Below, one piece after another: positions 1 through 8,313 of a stretch of DNA of 32,000 bases. Numbering within the stretch: the first letter of the stretch is position 1; each line of letters starts with the position of its first letter. Origin of the DNA: Isorropodon fossajaponicum endosymbiont JTNG4 (GTDB taxonomy: Bacteria > Pseudomonadota > Gammaproteobacteria > PS1 > Pseudothioglobaceae). The stretch covers positions 150,001-182,000 of the forward strand of contig NZ_AP013043.1 of assembly GCF_016592615.1 (NCBI RefSeq), written 5' to 3'. The notes beneath the pieces are model-generated. The model worked only from the letters and a program-made list of their open reading frames with translations, made no database searches and was not told where the DNA came from. A program made the position numbers and the translations under genes.

Positions 1-616
<616 letters not shown>

Positions 617-694
617 TTAAGTATTCGTAAAATAAAGAGATATAATACTATAAATAATCAGTAAAAATTAAGCAATAATTAACGCCTTATAAAT

Positions 695-2185
695 ATGAAA
701 ATTAAGCAAAAACATGTCATAGAAAGCATTTTTAATGCCTTGCAATATATTTCTTATTATCACAGTCCTGATTTTATTCAGGCCATGACCAATGCTTATG
801 AAAAAGAAACTCACAAGTCTGCAAAAAATGCCATTGCACAAATTCTTATTAATTCAAAAATGGCAGCCTTAGGTAAGCGTCCAATGTGCCAAGATACTGG
901 CATTGTCAATGTGTTTGTTGAGGTAGGTATGGATGTCGTTTGGGTGGCTGATTTATCATTAGAAGACATGATTAATGAAGGCGTTCGTCAGGCATTTACC
1001 TATGCAGATAATCCTCTTAGGGCATCGATTGTAAGAGACCCTCTATTTACTAGGGTGAACACTAAAGACAACACACCGGCAGTTATTCATATGAAAGTTG
1101 TTAAGGGCAATCAACTTAATTTTATTGTGGCAGCCAAAGGCTGTGGTTCTGAAAATAAGGCAAAATTTAGCATACTTGCACCAGATGATAATATTGTTGA
1201 TTGGGTGCTAAAAACCATACCAACCATGGGTGCTGGTTGGTGTCCGCCAGGTATGATTGGTATTGGCGTTGGTGGTACAGCTGAAAAAGCTATGCTAATG
1301 GCAAAAGAAAGTTTGATGGAGCCTATTGATATTCAAAATATTGCACAAAAATCAAACCAAAGTAACCTTGAAAGACTGCGCCTTAAGTTGTTTGATAAAA
1401 TTAATTATTTAGGTATTGGTGCGCAAGGTTTGGGCGGTTTGACAACGGTACTAGATGTCAAAATTAAAGACTACCCAACTCACGTCGCCTCTCAAGCAGT
1501 GGCAATGATTCCTAATTGTGCAGCGACACGTCATTTACACTTTTCACTTGATGGCTCAGGTGTGGCGCAAATGCCACAGGTAGATATGGACAGTTATCCT
1601 CAATTAGAGATGGATTATGCGCAATATAAAAAAATTGATTTAAACAATTTAACACGCAAACAAATGACTCAGTGGCATATGGGTGATACCTTGTTATTAA
1701 CAGGCACAATTATTACCGGGCGAGATGCAGCACATAAACGCCTTAAGCAAATGCTTGATAATGGAGAAGGCTTGCCAGAGGGTGTAGATTTTGACAATAA
1801 ATTTATTTATTATGTTGGTCCAGTGGACGCTGTTGGTGATGAAGTTATTGGTCCAGCAGGTCCTACTACCGCTACGCGTATGGATAAATTTACTGATATG
1901 ATGTTGGATAATACCAATATTTTAGGCATGATTGGTAAGGCAGAACGTGGCGAGGCTACTACGCAAGCTATTAAAAAACACAAGGTCACGTATCTTATTG
2001 CAGTAGGTGGTGCAGCTTATTTAATTTCTAAGTCTATTAAAAAGGCTAAAAAAATTGCATTTGAAGAGATGGGCATGGAGGCAATTTACGAATTTGAAGT
2101 TAAAGATATGCCAGTTACAGTTGCAGTTGATACTCAAGGTCATAATATTCATAGCATTTTTCAAGATATTCAGATAACTCACTAA
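695..2185 (+). CDS. Class I (Fe-S dependent) fumarate hydratase, fused alpha/beta type
   Basis: 496-aa intact ORF. MCQDTGIVNVFVEVG and GIGVGGTAEKA are typical of the Fe-S hydro-lyase tartrate/fumarate alpha region. The C-terminal part (LLLTGTIITGRDAAHKRL...GPAGPTTATRMD) is typical of the beta region. Confidence 0.88.
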   Translation: MKIKQKHVIESIFNALQYISYYHSPDFIQAMTNAYEKETHKSAKNAIAQILINSKMAALGKRPMCQDTGIVNVFVEVGMDVVWVADLSLEDMINEGVRQAFTYADNPLRASIVRDPLFTRVNTKDNTPAVIHMKVVKGNQLNFIVAAKGCGSENKAKFSILAPDDNIVDWVLKTIPTMGAGWCPPGMIGIGVGGTAEKAMLMAKESLMEPIDIQNIAQKSNQSNLERLRLKLFDKINYLGIGAQGLGGLTTVLDVKIKDYPTHVASQAVAMIPNCAATRHLHFSLDGSGVAQMPQVDMDSYPQLEMDYAQYKKIDLNNLTRKQMTQWHMGDTLLLTGTIITGRDAAHKRLKQMLDNGEGLPEGVDFDNKFIYYVGPVDAVGDEVIGPAGPTTATRMDKFTDMMLDNTNILGMIGKAERGEATTQAIKKHKVTYLIAVGGAAYLISKSIKKAKKIAFEEMGMEAIYEFEVKDMPVTVAVDTQGHNIHSIFQDIQITH

Positions 2186-2260
2186 GTGGGTTGCTAGCGT
2201 TTAAGTAGATCCGTCTTTTTTTAAAGACAACTCAAGTACTTTAGAAAAATAGTCTTGGCG

Positions 2261-2266
2261 TATAAT
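2261..2266 (+). promoter_or_regulatory. Probable -10 box (TATAAT) for rnpB
   Basis: Perfect TATAAT ends 6 nt before the predicted 5' end of the RNase P RNA (GAAGTTGG at 2273). No convincing -35 was seen. Confidence 0.45.
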
Positions 2267-2272
2267 AACGCC

Positions 2273-2610
2273 GAAGTTGGTCGGATGGTCGCTGGAGGTT
2301 GATCCTTCAGAGGAAAGTCCGGGCTCCATAGAGCAAAGTGCTAGCTAACAGCTAGGTATGGTGACATAACGGAAAGTGCTGCAGAAATTTAGACCGCCTA
2401 TTTTAGGTAAGGGTGAGAAGGTGCGGTAAGAGCGCACCGCGCGATTGGTGACAACCGTGGCAAGGTAAACCACACTTGGAGCAAGCTCAAATAGGCTGAT
2501 GATGACGCTGCTCGCGGAGTTGGCGGGTTTAGAGTGCTAAAGCGTTTTGGTAACAAAACACGTAGATGAATGACCATCTATTACAGAACCCGGCTTATAG
2601 ACTGACTTCT
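2273..2610 (+). ncRNA. rnpB: RNase P RNA, bacterial type A
   Basis: Universal motifs are present: GAGGAAAGTCCGGGCTCCATAGAGCAAAGTGC, GGTAAGAGCGCACCG and the 3' ACAGAACCCGGCTTAT. The 5' GAAGTTGGTC pairs with the 3' GACTGACTTC to form P1. The region has no ORF. Confidence 0.95.
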
Positions 2611-2691
2611 TTTTACTTCGTTTTTGTTCCTTCTACTACATTGAATATCAAACAATACTCGTAAAAACTTGTTTTGTTGTACAATCCGATT

Positions 2692-2913
2692 ATGAAAAGT
2701 AATATTCAATCAATATTAATAGTGATGTTGTTGAGCATATCAGCTAATGGGTATGCAGATAATACTATTGCACCTGATTATCCTTACTATCCACCATCTA
2801 GCACTTGGGTTGAGGAAGATTATTTTACTCAGCAGGAAAAATACTGTGAGGTGGATTCAATCTATGGCAAGCAACTTGAATATGCATTGGATAAACAACA
2901 AAGTGAGGATTAA
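2692..2913 (+). CDS. Small hypothetical secreted protein (73 aa from ATG 2692)
   Basis: The ORF has a signal-peptide-like N-terminus, MKSNIQSILIVMLLSISANGYA. I recognise no family. The track's start at 2674 is a TTG, so I prefer the ATG at 2692. Confidence 0.4.
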   Translation: MKSNIQSILIVMLLSISANGYADNTIAPDYPYYPPSSTWVEEDYFTQQEKYCEVDSIYGKQLEYALDKQQSED

Positions 2914-2919
2914 GGGACT

Positions 2920-4188
2920 TTAAAAGTCAGCAAAACCATACCAAGTTGGAAACAAAATAAGACTCATTAAAACCATAATTTGGATAGCGATAAAGGGCAT
3001 AACACCTTTGTAGATACCCATTGTTTGGATTGATTTAGGCGCAACACCTTTGAGATAGAACAAACTAAAACCAAAGGGTGGCGTGAGAAAGGAGGTTTGC
3101 AAATTCATAGCAATTAAAATGGCAAGCCAAGTCATATCAATGCCGAGTGATTGGGCGATTGGGTAGAAGATAGGGACGATAATCAGTGATATTTCTACAA
3201 AATCGATGAAGAAGCCAAGGATGAGCATAGATAGTAGAATAAAACTCATTTCTTTGGCAGGAAGTTGCATGATGAAGGTTTCCACTAGGGTGTCGCCACC
3301 ATTGTAAGTGAACACCATGGAAAAACCAGTTGCACCGATTAGAATAGCAAAGACCATTGAGGTGATTTTGATGGTTTCAATGCTGGTTTCACGCAGCATT
3401 GCCCAGTCTGGTCTTTTGTAAAGAGTAGCTAATACCAAAGAACCTACTGCACCAATTGAGGCAGATTCAGTGGGTGTGGCAATGCCAGAAAAAATAGAGC
3501 CAGGCACAGCAATAATTAGGGATAAGGGCGGAAGAATTGCTTTGGCAACAAGTAAATATTGTGTGGATTTTTTTAAATCATGATTTTTGCCTTTAAAGGC
3601 AGGGGCAGCTTGGTTGTCAAATTGGGCGATTGTCAGCACGTATAAGATATAACTACCTACCAGTATTAAAGATGGCATCACTGCGCCTTTGAATAAATCT
3701 CCCACAGGTACGCCAAGGACATCTGCCAAGATGATTAAAACAATTGAAGGAGGAATGATTTGTCCTAATGTGCCTGAGGCGTAAATGACACCACTAGCGA
3801 GGGTTTTTTGTAATGGTGTTTAAAAGGGCATTACAGGCAGTGAAATAACCCCCATCGCCACTACGCTTGCACCAACAACACCTGTAGAGGCAGCAAGTAA
3901 TGAGCCAACCAGAATTGTGGAGACAGCAAGACCACCGCGCACATTGCCAAATAACTCACCCATGGCTTCTAAAAGTTGCTCGGCGAGTTTGGTTTTTTGC
4001 AAGACAATACCCATGAAAATAAACAAAGGTACTGCCATTAAAATCGTATTTTGCATCACGTTCATGATGCGATAAGGCATAAAGGTAAATAAATCCACGC
4101 CTTGGGTTAATACTCCAAAAATAACTGCCACAGGAAAGCCCACCATCAGTAGCATTAGGGTGACTAAAAACATAATAAGCCCTACCAT
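2920..4188 (-). pseudogene. dctM: TRAP transporter large permease DctM, interrupted by one in-frame TAA
   Basis: ORFs 3820..4188 and 2920..3729 are in the same frame. They are separated only by TAA (3820..3822) and 30 sense codons. The joined translation ...[39 protein letters not shown]... matches the DctM family. Confidence 0.8.
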
Positions 4189-4660
4189 GGTTTAAACTTT
4201 TTAAGGTTATTGTGTGTGAAGATAAACTCAGATACGACAAGTAAAATAAAACTGAATGGGATGACGCCTTTAATAATAAAGCGATAAAGCGATAAGGTAG
4301 ACCGCCAGGATCGCCGCTTTGTTCGTTTAGCAAAAACGCTTGATAGGAAAAATCTACACCGTTGTAAATAATTAAAACACTAATAGGCAGGATGAAGATA
4401 ACGAAGCCAATAAGGTTAATCCATGCTTGTCTTTTGACACTAAGGTTGGCATAAAAAACATCAACCCTGACACAGGCATCGTTTTGTGATGTATAAGAAA
4501 TACCAAGTAGAAACATGGCTGAAAATAAATGCCAGCCCATTTCTTGAATGGCGATTGATGAATTGTTAAAGGCGTATCTTAGAACAACACCTGTAAAAAT
4601 GGTTAATAAAAGCAGTCCAATGGTTAGATTTTCTAACCATTTTGTGTATTTACCCACCAT
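4182..4660 (-). pseudogene. dctQ: TRAP transporter small permease DctQ, frameshifted by an 8-bp tandem duplication
   Basis: The N-terminal part is DctQ-like (multi-TM, ...SGDPGGLPYRF). The frame then runs abnormally through the dctM start, giving the 234-aa track ORF. Removing one copy of ATAAAGCG (4276..4291) restores ...PYRFIIKGVIPFSFILLVVSEFIFTHNNLKKFKPW*. That reading stops at 4182..4184 and overlaps the dctM ATG. Confidence 0.8.
4276..4291. repeat. Perfect 8-bp tandem duplication (ATAAAGCG x2) causing the dctQ frameshift
   Basis: Read directly: 4276..4283 equals 4284..4291, followed by the partial copy ATAAG. Confidence 0.9.
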
Positions 4661-4666
4661 AGTTAA

Positions 4667-5769
4667 TTATTGCGTTTGAGAGTTTAAATAGGCTTGATCT
4701 GAGATTGCTGTCCAAGCCCGCGCTTTTTTTAAGTAATCCTTTTGTGATTCAATAATTTCTTTGGACAGTGGACTGTTGGCGGCTAGTTTGGCAAGTAGTT
4801 TTTTATTAGCAGCTCTAAGTTTGTCAAATACTGACTTTGGAAAAGTTTTGATTTTAATATTGGAATAATCTTTTTTCATACTTGCCCAGTTTTTAGCACT
4901 TTCATGATTAGAGCGTGCCAGCATATCATAAGCAGCTAATTTCATCGAGGTGATTAAGATGGTTTGTAGGTCTTCAGGCGGTGTGTTAAATTTTTTCAAG
5001 TTAATTAAGAACTGCATTTCAGAGCCAGGTTCATGCCAACCGGTGTAGTAATAAGGTGCAATTTTATGAAAACCCATTTTTAAAAGTCCAGCGAAGGACC
5101 TACCCATTCTAAGGCGTCAATCGTGCCACGATCTAGCGCAGTATATAACTCACCTGCTGGAATATTAGTAGGCTTAGCGCCAACTTCTGCCATGATTTCG
5201 CCTGCAAATCCAGGGATGCGCATTTTTAACCCTTGCAAGCCTTCAATTGAGTTAATTTGTTTTTGGAACCACCCACCCATTTGGGTTGCCAGTGTTGCCA
5301 CCGATAATAGATTTTAGCCCATGTTTGGTATAGACTTTACCCATCAATTCTTGACCGCCACCATATTCAAACCAAGCATGTTGCTCGTTTGCTGTCATGC
5401 CAAAGGGCATGGAGGTAAAAAATAAAGTATTGATGTCTTTACCTTTCCAATAGTACGAGCCAGAATGTCCAAGGTCGTATTGACCAGATTTGACCATATC
5501 GAAAATACCAAGCGGGGCTTTGTGTTTGTTTTTTGAGTCAATTCTAATAATCAGGCGACCGTTTGATATATCAAATGCTAATTTAGCGGCTTTTTTAACC
5601 GCATCGCCAAAAATATGGAAGTTGCTTGGCCAAGTTTCGGCTAACTTTAAGGCTTTGTTGCTTGATTTGTTTTTGATTATCATCATCACTAAACCAGCCA
5701 GCAGTAGCGAGTAGCGGTAACAAAGGCGGTTAGTATTAGTATGGTGAACGCTTGTGTTGTTTTTTTCAT
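4667..5769 (-). pseudogene. dctP: TRAP transporter DctP-type periplasmic solute-binding protein, at least 3 frameshifts
   Basis: Three pieces lie in three frames (5252..5851, 5080..5301, 4667..5107). ATG 5769 opens a signal-peptide-like ORF (MKKTTQAFTILILTAFV...) that stops at TAG 5689..5691. Family motifs occur across the pieces: ETWPSNF, GHSGSYYWKGK, MGGWFQKQINSIEGLQGLKMRIPG, EWVGP, YYYTGWHEPGSEMQF. Confidence 0.85.
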
Positions 5770-6563
5770 GGTGACCTTTCTTTAATTTGTGCCAAAACGG
5801 CGCGATTTTGTTGATTGTAGTCTTTAAATTTTTGAATGTTGAAAAAATCATGGCTTAATAGTTGTGTGATTTCTTGTTGTTGATCAAAGCCGTGCTCTAA
5901 TAAAATATAGCCTTTTTTATTAAGGTGTTGTGGTGCGTTGTCAATAATGGCGCGAATGTCATCCAAGCCATCTTTGCCAGATACAAGTGCACTCTGTGGC
6001 TCAAAGCCTAAATCATTAAGATGGAGGTCGCCTTGTTTGATATAGGGCGGATTGGAAATAATCAAATCAAATGTTTGATTAAGTGTAGCTTCAAACCAAC
6101 TACCCAGTTGAAAGTTAATGTTTGTTTTTGCATTTTGTCGGGCAATGTTAAGCGCATCCATTGAAAAATCAGTTGCAGTTAGGTACCACTGCGGATTTTT
6201 ATCGCCTATCGTTACGGCAATAATACCGCTACCAGTGCCTAAATCAAGTATTTCACAGGTTTGATTTTTATCAAATAAGCCTAAGGCAATATCGATTAAG
6301 AGCTCGGTTTCAGGTCTGGGAATTAACGTGCTAGGAGTGACCTTAAAATCAAGATGATAAAACCCTTTTGTGCCACTTAAATAAGCAAAAGGTGTGCCAG
6401 ATTGTCTTTGCTTGATAAGTTGATTGAGTTGAGTTTTTTCCTCATTATTGAGTGGATAATCACGATGAGTAATAAGTTGAGCGTGGCTTTTATTAAGAAC
6501 TAGAGATAGTAGTGGCGCAATATCAATTATGCCACTGTTAAAATAATCCTGAATGGCAACCAA
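5766..6563 (-). CDS. prmC: Release factor glutamine N5-methyltransferase PrmC (HemK)
   Basis: SAM-binding motif ILDLGTGSGIIAV and catalytic ISNPPYI are present. The likely start is TTG at 6563, 3 nt after the upstream stop. The stop TGA overlaps the dctP ATG (ATGA). Confidence 0.88.
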   Translation of the reverse strand: MVAIQDYFNSGIIDIAPLLSLVLNKSHAQLITHRDYPLNNEEKTQLNQLIKQRQSGTPFAYLSGTKGFYHLDFKVTPSTLIPRPETELLIDIALGLFDKNQTCEILDLGTGSGIIAVTIGDKNPQWYLTATDFSMDALNIARQNAKTNINFQLGSWFEATLNQTFDLIISNPPYIKQGDLHLNDLGFEPQSALVSGKDGLDDIRAIIDNAPQHLNKKGYILLEHGFDQQQEITQLLSHDFFNIQKFKDYNQQNRAVLAQIKERSP

Positions 6564-6566
6564 GAT

Positions 6567-7171
6567 TTACAGATGAACGGTTGTTAATCCCAATGCTTTC
6601 CAGTTTTGCATACCACCTCGAAAGTATTTAATTTTGGCAGCAGGGTAGCCATACTTAAGTAGAGCAGTTACAGCGGTTGGTGTTTGACCACACCAAATGC
6701 CATTGCAATACATAACTAAAGTTTTAGCATAAGAAAAATCAGGCAATTCGTCAATTTGAACACCTAATAAGTCTTCCATAACTTCTAGTGCTTTTTCTTT
6801 ATTTTTAAAACGCGTATAAGGAATGTTAATGGCAGTAGAAATCATACCTGTAATGGTTGGCCAATCAGGTATGCGTGTATCAATAATCAAGATGGTATCA
6901 TCGCCTGCTGATTTTTTTTGATGTAGTTAATCATGTCCAACTCGCCAATCGTTTCTACAGCATGTAGCGCAAAAGGATGCATGGACTGAATTTTGCCACG
7001 AGCAGTTTTGAGATAAAAACTAGAAATTTTATTGTCTTTATTTTGGTTGCGTTGTAGCTTAATGGTTTTGCCATTATGAACAACTTCAATAAAAACTTGT
7101 TTAGTGGATTTTTCTTGTGCATAAACACTTAGTGTTAATAAGCTGACTAATAATAATGTTAATTTTTTCAT
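6567..7171 (-). pseudogene. Periplasmic rhodanese-domain sulfurtransferase, frameshifted in an A8 tract (coding strand)
   Basis: ORF 6887..7171 carries a signal peptide ([18 protein letters not shown]) and ends ...INYIKKNQQAMIPS*. ORF 6567..6890 is the rhodanese core (IIDTRIPDWP...INIPY...MYCNGIWCGQ). Reading through T8 at 6912..6919 with one extra base gives the continuous sequence ...INYIKKKSAGDDTILIIDTRIP... Confidence 0.7.
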
Positions 7172-7809
7172 GATTCTCTTCCTCTTAAATCGTATCTATT
7201 TTTCATTGCCACAATAAGTCCCAGACCAATAAACGCCCCTGGTGGCAAGATGGCTAGTAAAGTGCCTTGATAATTTTCAAATACAGTAACACTGAGTGTG
7301 TTGCCTAAATCACCCAGTAATAATGCAGACTGGTCAAACAAAGTGCCACTGCCAATCAATTCACGCATTGCACCTAATACAATAAGCACAACAGAAAAAC
7401 CAATACCCATCATCAGCCCGTCCAGTGCCGATTTCCCCCAAGTGTTTTTACTAGCAAATGCCTCAGCACGCCCTAAAATAGCGCAGTTAGTTACAATCAG
7501 CGGTACAAAAATACCCAATATTAAATACAAATCATAAAAGTATGACTGCATCAGCAACTCAACAATCGTTACAAATGAAGCAATTAGTAGAACAAAAATA
7601 GGAATACGAACTTCTTTTGAAATTTGATGACGAAAAATAGAAACGGTTACATTAGACGCCACTAAAACAAACGTGGTTGCCAGCCCAAGTCCGATTGCAT
7701 TAACAATATTATTGGTAACTGCTAATAAAGGACATAAACCTAAAAGCGCAACCAAGGCTTGGTTGTTATTCCACAGTCCGTTTTTTATAATTTTGACGTA
7801 GTCGTTCAT
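7168..7809 (-). CDS. rnfE: Rnf/Rsx electron-transport complex subunit E
   Basis: [32 protein letters not shown]...[20 protein letters not shown]...[11 protein letters not shown] is collinear with E. coli RsxE. ATG at 7809 is preferred over the track start at 7818. The stop overlaps the rhodanese ATG (ATGA). Confidence 0.9.
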   Translation of the reverse strand: MNDYVKIIKNGLWNNNQALVALLGLCPLLAVTNNIVNAIGLGLATTFVLVASNVTVSIFRHQISKEVRIPIFVLLIASFVTIVELLMQSYFYDLYLILGIFVPLIVTNCAILGRAEAFASKNTWGKSALDGLMMGIGFSVVLIVLGAMRELIGSGTLFDQSALLLGDLGNTLSVTVFENYQGTLLAILPPGAFIGLGLIVAMKNRYDLRGRES

Positions 7810-7826
7810 AGAACCCAATTATATAC

Positions 7827-8087
7827 TTAATCGTGCATTGATTCGTTGACAACAAGTCCTTGATTTTGTAGGTCTTTTTCTATGACATACATGAGTTCTG
7901 TGGCACTTATTTCTAATGCTTTGGCAATATAGCAAATACTAAAAAGTAAAGGCTCTTGTTTGGCACATTCAAACAACGAAATTGAGCGCATAGAAAGTCC
8001 TGATTTTTCTGCTAGAACCTCTTGAGATAGATTAAGTATTTTGCGCTTTTGTTTAAGCACTCTAGCAAATGAGTTTTTAATTGGCAC
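7827..8087 (-). CDS. XRE-family helix-turn-helix transcriptional regulator (86 aa)
   Basis: HTH_3-like pattern LKQKRKILNLSQEVLAEKSGLSMRSISLFECAKQEPLLFSICYIAKALEIS. The start is GTG, preceded by GAGGT 8 nt upstream. Confidence 0.75.
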   Translation of the reverse strand: MPIKNSFARVLKQKRKILNLSQEVLAEKSGLSMRSISLFECAKQEPLLFSICYIAKALEISATELMYVIEKDLQNQGLVVNESMHD

Positions 8088-8137
8088 TTAATTTACCTCA
8101 AAAATATCAAATTTTGAAGGGTTATTGAAAATATGCT

Positions 8138-8153
8138 ATGAAGTGCACTTCAT
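8138..8153. promoter_or_regulatory. Perfect 16-bp palindrome ATGAAGTGCACTTCAT, candidate operator upstream of the XRE gene
   Basis: Read directly. It lies 51-66 nt upstream of the XRE GTG start, in the only intergenic region available for that gene's promoter. Confidence 0.35.
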
Positions 8154-8262
8154 GGTAATAATTTTTATAAAGATATAATCTTCCAACAAAGTGGTTTTTA
8201 AACAAAATGGGGGCGTTGTGATGGCTGTTGGTTTGGCAGGAACGGGGTTATATTAATATTGT

Positions 8263-8290
8263 AATAAAAAAGGAGGGCATAGCCCTCCTG
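8263..8290 (-). terminator. Rho-independent terminator downstream of clpB
   Basis: On the minus strand, stem AGGAGGGC / GCCCTCCT (8271..8278 and 8282..8289) with a 3-nt loop is followed by a T-run (plus-strand A-run 8265..8271). It sits about 25 nt after the clpB stop. Confidence 0.8.
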
Positions 8291-8313
8291 TGTGTTAATC
8301 AGATAAAAATTGA

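Noticed and set aside
2211-2230. Hairpin GTCTTT-TTTT-AAAGAC after the fumarase gene as a rho-independent terminator
   Set aside because: The 6-bp AT-rich stem has no following T-run. It is too weak to call.
3956-4660. The 234-aa ORF taken at face value as an unusually long DctQ overlapping dctM by about 230 nt
   Set aside because: The C-terminal ~110 aa are the out-of-frame translation of the dctQ tail and the dctM 5' end. The 8-bp duplication at 4276..4291 explains the read-through.
5766-5851. N-terminal extension of track ORF 5252..5851 overlapping prmC
   Set aside because: The extension (MIFSTFKNLKTTINKIAPFWHKLKKGHH...) is the off-frame translation of the prmC 3' end. The real dctP start is the ATG at 5769, which has a signal-peptide-like sequence.
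8174-8290. A plus-strand small RNA from the TATAAT at 8174..8179 to the hairpin at 8271..8289
   Set aside because: On the plus strand the hairpin is not followed by a T-run; the T-run is on the minus strand and serves clpB. There is no -35 and no recognisable tmRNA, SRP or 6S motifs. Evidence is insufficient.
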